Shown: positions 1 to 10,656 of the stretch, piece after piece
Layout: every line of letters begins with the position of its first letter
Position numbering within the stretch: the stretch's first letter is position 1
Assembly (NCBI GenBank): GCA_000182565.2
Contig: KQ257461.1
DNA from: Spizellomyces punctatus DAOM BR117
Taxonomy: Eukaryota
Strand: one strand, 5' to 3'
Length of the DNA: 64,000 nucleotides
Notes under the pieces: generated by a model
Databases searched by the model: none
What the model was told of the DNA's origin: nothing
Seen by the model: the letters and a program-made list of their open reading frames with translations, nothing else
Position numbers and translations under genes: made by a program

Positions 1-1341
1 CTTTTAAAGACTGGTTATATCGTACATCCGGGACTTTCTTATCAGATGATAAACGTAGGGCCGCTTTGGTACTTGGTGGATTGGCATGCGGGAAGTACTA
101 AAAGCAGCATTAACCAACTGCTGGCCAAACCCTCTAACATTGCAGCCATCTATGCACCGGCTTTATAAGCTCTTGCTCTTCGGGACCGCGACGTGGGGAT
201 ATCGGTGTGGCAGGTTGCTGTAAGCATTGCGCACTACTTGGAGCAGATTCTGAGCATTGATGTGTTGGTTCCGCCATGTCCTCTGGAGACAAAGATACGA
301 TTCATTGCACCGGGTTTTGGGAATCAACTGATGCGCCTCTATAAGAGGACTCAACGGTTACCAAAAGGCTGGTGATTTTGTTTGAAGGCTGGTAAAAATG
401 ACTTCAGCGTTGCGACCATGAAGTTGTATCATAATACTGGAAAAGTTACAGTTTGGGTGAAATATCGGCAGTCCTTCAACGCCACCACATCTGCAAATAT
501 CGCACATATTATTGTATATTTCACTGTTTCTAGACACGAAAGGCAGGCAGAGCACCGAACTGGCTCAGGGCTTTTGGTCGGGGCTTACACGAACCTACGC
601 TCCTGTTGGGTGTCCTTGGTGCATCCATTTTGCGGATGCTCCAAAGTATCATGACTTTCAGCAGAGTGCCTCAATACGCTAGTCTCTTCATCTGTCTCTG
701 CATCTGAGTCGGAAAAGGACAATAAGCGGGACATGAGCAACAGCCAGAAAGCAAATGGGGAGCTCAAGGCTGCTACGTTGCGTTGATCATCCAGCCAAGA
801 TCAATGGTTTTAATTATTCCAAATCGGGTGTCATTGAGCGGGGGGAGGCTATAAAGAGTGCGAACCTCGAATGTTCTCACCCATCTTTCTTTCCCATCTG
901 CACATTGTTCATCTCGGTTGCTCGCGTTTCTTCTTTCTTTCAGAGGTTTCGGCACTCCGTTGTGGGCTCTGGGGTGGTAGTGCACGCTGGTGCGTGGTAG
1001 GCGTAGTACGCGACTCTTCTAGGGAAGCGTCCCTGAGAAGGGCGGTGGATCGTCACGCCGTCTGGTTGGACGACTGGTTTCCAATATATAAAGAGTACCA
1101 GTGGCATATGCGCTAACTGCGTGTTAGATACATATAGGTATGTTATTGCATATACTAGAATTGGTAGATTGAAGCTCTTGATCCGCCCTGAATTATTCGA
1201 TCTGATCTACGTTTTTGTCTACCCTTGGGCTCTGGTGACCAAGACCTCGTGCAACCTCCAGCATCTGACTGATACGTACTCAGTGCTGCTCACTACAAAG
1301 TATCAAGTCAAGTCCAGTCGCAAACCTATCAGGCACTAGAA

Positions 1342-4141
1342 ATGAATAGATCGCACGTCCCAACATTTACACAGCCGTCCCAGGATGTTCATGAAGATTC
1401 CCTGCAACCAGTTCACCAAACCAACATTTCGTATGCCCTTAATCTGGACTACTCTTACAGGAACACGAACGATGCAGGTACAGCTCTGTATCTGTGCATT
1501 TGCATATGCTTTCCCTAATCATCCTGTTCGTTACAAAATTCTNNNNNNNNNNNNNNNNNNNNNNNNNNNNNNNNNNNNNNNNNNNNNNNNNNNNNNNNNN
1601 NNNNNNNNNNNNNNNNNNNNNNNNNNNNNNNNNNNNNNNNNNGGCTATTTGCCATGGTTACATATTCATGCTGGTCACGTTATGGATCCAGGGAGGTATG
1701 TCTGCTGCTAATTGTGGCTCTTTAGAGAGCGCACACGAACGGAGAGGATCTCTATGGTGTATTCGAGGACCAGTGGCACAAACGATAAACCCTCTGCAAA
1801 GTATGCCAGGACATGAGCAAGGCATTCTTACGCACACAGCATACGGAGCATCCGACAATACGCGTTATGAGGCGGCACTCCCATCCCCACTAGGCAGTTT
1901 GTCTTGGCTTCAAGATCGAGCCCCGTCTTATATGTCCGCCAATACTCTTCAGTCAAGTCGTCAGCCGATGGAAAGTATTCCGCCCGCGGCAGAAGCGAGA
2001 AACCCTGTATCAGAGGACAAAGCCATTGATGTGACTACTGCTAAAGCATGCGGTAGCTCCCTATTGACTCTGTTACAACTGCGGCCCAACGTTCCATCCA
2101 CAACAAAATTTGCTGTCCTAAAGCTGAGCAACATAGCATGGAATCTCAGCATTTCTGACGTGGTTGCGTATTTTGCACCGTTCAAGGTAGGTTATATGCT
2201 ACCCTCTCATTGGTCGACATCTGCTGAAGTGAATTCATGGCTGCGTAAGGTCCCTGTATCTCACCTATCTCCGCACTATACTCAAGGCGTTCATATTATA
2301 ATGAACCGTGCCACTGGGAAGACCCAAAGCGATTGCTTTGTGGAATTTCCTAGTTATACTGAAGCCCAGCGATCTTTAGATTTGCATGCCCGAGGGATCC
2401 TGAAGGGTCGTATCGTCGTTGCGCAGTGGAGCAGCCAAGCGGAGCTGATGGATGCCTTGTTTCCGCATCGGTCTTCTGGGCTCCAGACTGATACACAGGG
2501 GAATCCGTCCGTTGAGACCTCGGCGCTACAGGGAACGATGGACAAGAGATGCAATGACACCTTCCAATCTCGACGGGCCGTTGGAAGTGGACTTGTGTAC
2601 GGTCAATCATCGTCTTCGCAACTGAAAGAAGGCGTTTATCTGCTACGCGAAGAGATTAATGCTCTGCTGCTTGTTTGCAGAAACTACAAGGTTTGGATGC
2701 AACCTGTCACTTTCATGCCAATGCCTTTATCCACTGATTACAAACCCCATCATCAGCTTCATTTCTCCCGCAAGTGCGCGGAAAGGCCTTTTGAAAATAT
2801 TATCTCAATTATTTGCAAGATACCCTGGCATGAACCACATTTAGTGTCGACATCTCATAGGGACCATGTATTTGAAATGCTCAAACGTATGTACTGCTGC
2901 TTTTTCGTGATGTCTGCGGCAAAGTTCACTCAACGTGTAATCTCGCAAAGTGTCGCTGGAGTCTCTCAGTATTCATCTATCCCGCCACGACCACCATATT
3001 GATGGCAGCTTGATGATGCGGATGGTACGAGCCGGTCTGTGCGTTCCGCTGTTTACAGAGCGACAGAAAGTAACCCTTTTAAACGTGGCTGTAAGGATAT
3101 GGTTGAGAATGTATTATAAACCGAGCAATCTACCTAACTGGCTTACATTCTCCTCAGGGTTTACCATGTCCCAAAGATCTTGCACCATTTGTGTACAATC
3201 CACCACAAGTGCAACCGTCTCGGTCTCCCGATGCGAAGGATCGTGCGAGGTCCGCGACCCCATCAAACCTCGGCGAGTCCTCTTTACAGGATCTATCATC
3301 GACCTCATCCACGTCCACTACCTTTTACAACACGGTATCAACTTTGGAAGAAATGACTTGCCACATCGAAGAACTCACTATGGACGATGAGGTTTGGTAC
3401 CAGTATTGTTCGGTGATTGTGAAGAGAGCGTCTGAAATTGCGTCCAAAATTCAAACAGCCTGCTCAGTCTACTCCTGTCGCCAAGACCTCGAATCAAGGT
3501 GCTGTTCAGAAGACTTTTAGCCAAGCTGTCTCTCGTTCGGCTGATCTCTACCCGTCTCCGCCAGATGCAGATGGTGAGCTCTCACTGCTTGGAGAATATG
3601 TGCCTATGAAGGATAGAACTGACGTCTTGTTGGCTGCCCAGGATCTGGGACATCCCATTGTGTCGCTACTGCGACCCCTAATCCTTTTTCTGAGCCGGAC
3701 CAACGACTTGATGTAGTCACCACTCCTGCCATGACTCTAAGTCTCTATGCTGCCCGCATCCGCATGCTTGAGCAAGCCCTTCGACAAAGTGAAACCCGAT
3801 ATGAAGAGTTACGAAGGCGGCACGAAGCATCTGTCACTCGCAGCCAAGTTGAGCAGCAAGAACTCATCAACGCCAAACTGCGTACCGAAGGTCAATGTCG
3901 GGACCTGGAGAGTTTAGTGGGTAATCTAGAAAAAGCCAACGCGGAACTTGAACGCCGCTGCTCCAAGCTTCAGCAATTGCTCTCAGCGAATTTGAGACAA
4001 GAAGATATTCAAGGAACTCGCAGGAGACATTCTGCTACTCAAAGTACCGGGAACAGCAACTATGAGCGCCAAAGGTCTCAAGTTGGTTATTTGACTGGAA
4101 CTTCCATCACTTCAGAAAGTGTCAAGAGTATTTGGAAGTAA
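1342..4141 (+). CDS. Multi-exon fungal RRM-like (qRRM-type) RNA-binding protein with C-terminal coiled coil; 5' part crosses an assembly gap
   Basis: Spliced reading gives VLKLSNIAWNLSISDVVAYF..GVHIIMNRATGKTQSDCFVEF..GRIVVAQWSSQAELMDALFP (RRM-like), then LHFSRKCAERPFENIISIICKIPW and a heptad-rich tail (3731-4141). The start (ATG 1342) and the end (4141, or about 4318 if gtaatg..cacag is spliced) are uncertain. Confidence 0.75.
1543..1642. other. Assembly gap (100 N)
   Basis: Run of exactly 100 Ns, a typical placeholder for a gap of unknown size. Confidence 0.99.
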
Positions 4142-4648
4142 TGTACATGATCACCTTTGATGGATCTACTTTATCACAGGTCTTGCGTTCGGACACAGCA
4201 AATCTCAGCTTACGACACGATAATTCAGCCTACACAGTTGAAATTGGAAAAGGACACTCCCTATTATCTGCGCCGAACGTGGGTATTACTGTGGAAATTA
4301 CTGCATAATTGCACATGAACGTTATAGATTGTCAAACACGCCAAAATATGCTTGTCATGATGTTTCGCGGGACACTAATATATATTGCAAAGTGAATTTG
4401 AGAGCAATCGAATAATGAGATGTAAAATGTAGATAGACTACGAGCATTGATGCAGAGTTTGTTCCTCCGTCTTGAATTTTCGCCAAATGCAAAAGCTTCC
4501 TATGTGTGCCCTCTGAATATAGATTACAACAATACTTGAGCTCCGTAACTAGTTACGATGGGGAAATTTCATACTACCGATTAATATTTCGACCGTCCAA
4601 GACGAACAAGAGAGCTAAACTACTGTTCGTCCCGCTATCACTGCAGTC

Positions 4649-4964
4649 TATATCCTTTGTAAAGCTAAAGGTCTCGTGTTCATTCCACGAAGGGTGCAGA
4701 GACAGGGGCTATGATGGAGCCAAGATTCGGTCGTGGGAGGAATTCAGCGAATATTGGTCAATATATTACGGTCAAAGACCTACTAAGTGGATAAACTACA
4801 GTTCAACTGCCAACTACTGTCGTCTATCCTATTCCTAGTCTTTTCGGTCGATATCTTCTCTCGCAGACAGGCACCCGGCGTGATCTCTGGGAACCACGAG
4901 CAATAAATCTCTCGTGCTCCTTTCGTGGAATGAACTATACTCTTTGTAAATCTAAAGGTCTCGT
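4649..4964. mobile_element. Putative MITE-like non-autonomous element (4678-4935) with TIRs, flanked by 29-bp direct repeats
   Basis: Left TIR 4678-4698 gttcattccacgaagggtgca versus the reverse complement of 4915-4935, gttcattccacgaaaggagca (19/21, first 14 exact). Direct repeats 4649-4677 and 4936-4964 match at 26/29 without gaps and abut the TIRs exactly. Confidence 0.6.
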
Positions 4965-5205
4965 ATTCATTCGTATTATTGTTGGTTTTTCACTTTTATA
5001 TTTTTTGGTGAATATCCAAGTCCTACTTCCGTATGTCTCGTCCGTTGACAGCGTATAATCGATAGCTAAAGACAATTACAGCTTCCTGTCTTGTGCTCGT
5101 GACAGATCAGGCCTCTCTGAATCCCAGTGCGTACCCTGTTATACCGCCTGTCGTTATCCGTACAGTGTAGTCGCTCTACACTGGTTGACGTTGCTGCCGT
5201 ATGAT

Positions 5206-5229
5206 CCCCACCCCCCCACCCCCCACCCC
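5206..5229 (-). repeat. G-quadruplex-forming motif (G4-T-G6-T-G7-T-G4 on the minus strand)
   Basis: The plus strand has four C-runs (4, 7, 6 and 4 nt) separated by single A residues. Confidence 0.7.
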
Positions 5230-5979
5230 GCCGTTACTAGCTTACTGGGCCTGCCCTTTTATCTCTCTACCTTTGGGCTGTGTTTTTCTCTTTTTCAGCC
5301 GCATTTGCTGAGCAGGTAAGAGCCCAATTTACCTGCAATAATTGCATATTGCGGCAAGGAGTCTTGGGGGGTAAGCTGCTGCGTTGCAAATGTCAAAAGT
5401 CGGCAGTCCCAGCATATCTGCAACATGCGTGATCCGTAACTTGTCGTCTGAACTAATGATTACTGAAATACAAAAGTTCTAGCTATTTAGCCAAACGACG
5501 GGCATTCATGTGTCGCCCAGAGCAGAAACTATTGTCTCTTCAGTTCTCAGTATGTTTTCCCCGCTGGACAAAACATTCTACCACATCCGTTGGTTTCCTT
5601 GTAGAGCACCTGCAACTCATCATGAGGGGATATGCTTCCATGTGAAGGAGCCTATATTTCCATGTTTGTTTTGAATTTACATTGTTTTCTCGGTTAGTAT
5701 TTCATATTCCGGCAGTCATTGCCAACGACATGCGTGGATGGGTATTTCAAGTGTTCCATTTTGAGTATAATGAAATCGTATTACATAATCGACCGATCAA
5801 GTTCCCACGCTCTCGCATCATGTTTCTTACTTTCCTTTTACGCTGCTGACCCGTTGATTGACTGACTTTGCATCGGCAAACTCTAGCGCCGATCATTTAT
5901 TTCTTTTCAGGTGCAGAAGATGCAAAGTTCAAAGCGCTGCTTTCTAAACAAAAACTACCATTGCGACTTGATACTTCAT

Positions 5980-8900
5980 ATGAGTCTGTTGGACCTCCCG
6001 CCCGAGGTTCTGTTTGCAATTCTACGCTATCTAGACGGTAAGATTCATAGGCTCATCGTTCACTGTCTTGTTTTCATGTAATTCCTACACTTGTCACTTT
6101 GGGTACTCATCTTTCTAACAATATCAGGAAGATCCCTCTCGCGTGCCGAGCAGGTCTGCAGATCGCTATCTGGCCTTATATCATCCTCAGGACTTTTATG
6201 GAAGGAGCTTTATTTCAAGCTCATATACTTTGTGGCTATTACCGACGTTGAACATGAGACTGAGGGATTACTTGCCGTGGGGACTTCGAATGCGCTCAAT
6301 TTTCCACATGTTCGGGCCGGATCTTTGCTTGGAGCAGAGGGACGAGGTGCCATGGTATTACACTCTCTCAGGGACAAGGAATGGAAAGTATGTACTTGAA
6401 TTATGTGCCATACCTGGTGACAATATTAACATGACTAAATATTCTCTGTAGATCCAGGTACGGATTGGTTCATGGTGTCATCTTACATCGTTTCGGATCG
6501 TGTTTTGACATTCCTACGGTTTTCCAGTATCGCGAAAGCTTTCTTTATTACCAGAGGCCACATTTATGTGCATGTTGTTATCGGGAAGATGCCTCTGTTT
6601 TCGCCATTTCACAATGGAATGTACGGCTTTGCCCATGTGCCTTATTTCAGCTGCTTACACCCAAAAGTGCACGAAGAGAATTTCTGCTCAAGGAAGAAGA
6701 CTTGCAGATGTTACGGGTACATAGTGCATTTCGTTATTCTATTCGTTGAAAGTAAGATGCTGATTAGCGTGTGTTCTTCATGTAGCCTTGGACCACTATG
6801 GTTCAAGAGTCATCACATCTTGTGCCAACCACCTTCTATTACCGCCCGCAGTGCTTGCGGCTGGCGCATCAGAAACATGGTGGCAAAGAGGGATATGAGG
6901 CGGCCCTTACAGCATACAGGCAAAAAGAAGCAGAACGCGCTAAGCGAAGAGCTGTAGTTAAACAGAATCAGTACTGTACTCGGGTACTATGGACAGAACG
7001 AAAACTTGCCCGGTTGGGGTGTCCGATGAAAATACAAGACCTTGTGCTGGAGCCGGCTATTACATTGAACATGCGGAATGAACTGGAAGAATTCTTGAAC
7101 GGGGATAATACAGCACCCTCTCATGCTCCAGTGGACAGCTCTGATAGCTCTGACACATCAGAGGACGAGCTAACATCTTGGAGTCGGAACATCATAGGTC
7201 GGCCAATCTCGTACTTACTTGAAGATATCTCAAGTGCATTGCTTTATGGAAAGCGAAAAGGTCTGTTGATGGATCGAATCGAGAAAATATACAGCCCGGA
7301 AGTTCTCGACCCTACTGACCGGGAATGGATCGAAAGGTGCACATCTTTCGAACGCTTTGCTACCGCTCTAGAGCGGGACTGCCTTCCAGTTGAGGAAGCG
7401 GAAAAGGAGGTCCATGACTGTGCGATAGGTATTCTTCGACAATTAAGGGAAGAAACACAAGTTCGTCTGGCAGTTACGCAGGGCTTACAGACTGCCTGGC
7501 ATCAACGTCCAATTGTGGAAGGATTGCATTGGGACGACCAGAATGCCTTCATAGAGAGCGGGCTAAAGTGGACTTACACAACTGGAGCATTGTCGAAATC
7601 CAAGTCCTTGCACAGTCGTATTCAAAAAGCCGGCAAGGCTGGTTCGGAGTACTTGTTACACGTTCAAAGCAGTTCGTAGAATGTCATTGCGGCATGCCCT
7701 GGTAAACGCCCCTCTAACCAATCGCCCTCTGCAGAGCACAAAGATTGTCAAGAACAGCAGGCTGCAAGAGATGCAAGTGATCAAAAGAGAATCGAAGAGT
7801 GGACGCAAAGACTAAATCAGGCTTTGACGGAGCACCCTCGCTGCGTCGGGCTCCGCCTACTTCCCATTACCCAAGACACGGACCCCGGAATATTTCAATT
7901 GTTTCAGGAATTCATCAATCCAAAAACAATTTGCCAGCACCATACTGAACTCTGTTTGCAAATGACGGTATGTCTGGAGAATTCTGCAAATTTTGATGAC
8001 ACGCCCTTGAATATTTCATACAGGTCAACGATATAATTGCTCGTTACCATACCCTGAAAAGCGTGAAAGTTATAGATGAGGAACTCAGCAAATGGATGGT
8101 GAACTATAATAGCAAGACTTCTCTAGAGAATACCCAGGCTTTGGAAATCTATAATAATTTCGTTATCCTTGGTATATCCCCACTCGCAACGCTCGTCATC
8201 ACGATATTCTTGACATTCTTATCTGGGGCAACAGGTGGAACGTCGCCCTGCAGCAGCATAGATGAGGCAAAATCGGAGGCAGCCATAAAGATTTACCGAG
8301 CGGAACTTCTCGGACGAGCCCTTAAGACAGTGGTCCCGAGTTTTAAAGAAAGTACCGCATTGCCCGAAGCTCTTGCATGTTACAAAAACTTCATCGCCAC
8401 TCCGAGTGGAGATTCTCCGGCATCCGGACCTTTGGACGTAACTGCCGTAGAGACCTATCACGTATTCCTTCCAGCAGACTCATTTCTCGAGGACACTGTG
8501 TCCAAGATATTTAATTTTGAATGCATACGCCAAAGTCGCGTACACCTTGTGGACATGTACGTGAGCAAAAGCGGTCTTGAGGGGTACTGGTGCAAAGAGT
8601 GGGTTGTAAGACCACATTCCTCCAACTTTCTCGAACTGAAGGAAGATTACTTGTCGGTTGAGGAGGAGCTGTGCCCAGAGTTTCAGCTATTAGTAAGATT
8701 CCTTTCCAATTTTTACCTACTGTTAACACCTACTGAGAACACATTCCCATCGACAGTTGAACCACTGGATATATGTAAGACAAGGCAAATCCCACTTCCT
8801 GCATGAAATCTCTGACTTTCAGAATTCTAGGATGAAAGCTTTCACAAGTTGGAGAGCCTGGAGGAGGTGATCCAACTTGGGATTCGCCGCAAACACACAG

Positions 8901-9241
8901 ATTATCGCAAGAAACTCATCTCGGAGCGTGTCCGGAACCATCCTGCTTATCAAGACTTATTCAACGATGCTTACGAACGCCATGACTTTCTTAACGGGCC
9001 AATGATGAAGTCTGCGTACACGTACGATGATGCCCACATGAAACCGTTCATTTTTCACGCTAATAACACGGTCGTTTCCATCAGATGTTGCCACCAGTAT
9101 CAAAGGTATATTTATTCATACCCCGAAATCCCACCAGTAAACGAGAGTCAAGTCGTCAATGCCCTAGTAGACATTGTTTGTCGTATCTTTGACGGCACTA
9201 TTCCTCGCGAAGCCTGTTACGTCGTTCAAAATTATTTCTGA
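5980..9241 (+). CDS. F-box protein with Cys-rich/XPA C-terminal-like module and a long helical C-terminus (multi-exon)
   Basis: MSLLDLPPEVLFAILRYLD|GRSLSRAEQVCRSLSGLISSSGLLWKELY is an F-box. The ORF fragments join through GT-AG introns, including an 18-nt micro-exon at 8757-8774. An in-frame upstream ATG at 5920 is possible. Confidence 0.8.
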
Positions 9242-9471
9242 AGCGTTTCTACCTATTAGTTTTTTTTATACATAGCATTAATGAGGTTATTAGTAAAAAC
9301 AACTTTGACATTATTGGAGTACTGAGACAAATGTAATGTAGACAAGAATACAAGAATAGAAAAGGTCGTTGGGTAATTCCTTGATGACTAATGAGAAATA
9401 GTTGCGCCACATCCACGCACACATCGAAACGCACTGCATCCATCGTTCATTTGCTTCCCTGCACCTTCAAC

Positions 9472-9810
9472 ATGGCCACACGCATCCCCCTCATCATCTT
9501 GGGACGAAAACGTGCAGTCGGCGAAACGATTGCCTCGTTCCTATCCCCCACATACCACGTCGTCGACATCATCCATACCCTTCCGGACATTCCACGCTCC
9601 CTCCAAGCTGCAAGCACGCGTCCAAAAGGTTTTGTCATTGGCGGCGGCTTTGACGATACATCCGCCAAAGAAGCGGAACAGCTAGCAAAAGCTTTTGACA
9701 AAGCGATTCAGGTTGTCCGCGTTCCGCAGGGGTACATGCAAAAAGTGGGACCTGATGGAGTTGCGACGTGGATAAAACAGCAGTTGGATGGGTGTAATTG
9801 GAAGCTGTAG
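9472..9810 (+). CDS. Small intronless alpha/beta (Rossmann/flavodoxin-like) hypothetical protein, 112 aa
   Basis: MATRIPLIILGRKRAVGETIASFL..PKGFVIGGGFDD..IQVVRVPQG..GPDGVATWIKQQLD; alternating strand/helix pattern and a good ATG context (caacATGg). Confidence 0.75.
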   Translation: MATRIPLIILGRKRAVGETIASFLSPTYHVVDIIHTLPDIPRSLQAASTRPKGFVIGGGFDDTSAKEAEQLAKAFDKAIQVVRVPQGYMQKVGPDGVATWIKQQLDGCNWKL

Positions 9811-10656
9811 AGATGTATTTGGAAGCGATGACTGGATTGCATATGCCAGGGTAGATTACGAGGGCCAATTTCTTAAGTATGGCAGCGGCGTGGAATAATA
9901 CTTTACGATATAGTACTCGGACATTCTGGCCAATGACTGTGAAAGTGTTTTGTGATTTTAAATACCACTGGCTTTCAGTCAGCCGTCTACCAAGTTCCTC
10001 CTTCTTACAACCAGTTGCCAAAAGCATATACCCAAAAGGGGCTTATAAATTGGAATCGGATTCAGATAATGCCAAATATCTTCGATAACTCCATGCAGGA
10101 AAGGGCCCTTTGATCAGTAGAAACATCTCAACCGCTTCTCGGGCTTCGTAGCAGCTTGGCATAGAAGGGCCGCGAATCAAAACACATTTGGCCATTTGGC
10201 CAGGACAGCAGACAAACGTGGGGTAAGCAAGGATGTGAGTGGTATCGTTCTTTGTTCACACAGGTGCGCCATTGGGTTTCCTGGGCGTTCGCGATGACTG
10301 CAACTGCAAGGAGCTTGACCATGGTGGTTGATCCGAAATTGTTTGAAGCTGTTGAAAGACGATATCGTGTCGTGAGCTGCATTCTTTCTACTTATTTAGG
10401 CTACCCCTCCCAATATCCAGATCCCTATGAGACATCTATTGCAGAAGTAGGTTACTGGCCCGCCCGTCGTTACAATTCGACCCGGAACAGGTATAGACCG
10501 TCTGAACGAGTTCCCATGCTTTTGCGACACGCGACTAAGCCAATCCAGGTTTGGAAACCGGCAATCCCTCATTTGAACCGTACGACCATATTTCTTTTTG
10601 ATTATCAAGGACGTTGCTAGTTCGCTCGCGGTTTCCCGGTTTTTCCTACTGGAAAC

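Noticed and set aside
4735-4762. Resemblance to a bacterial 16S rRNA segment (gggagg..gaatattggtcaat)
   Set aside because: Short and gapped, with no flanking rRNA similarity; likely chance.
4506-4838. 110-aa ORF overlapping the TIR element
   Set aside because: Non-ATG start, no recognisable domain, and it crosses the repeat boundary.
4649-4972. CRISPR-like array
   Set aside because: Only two repeat copies with 258 bp between them, and no cas genes.
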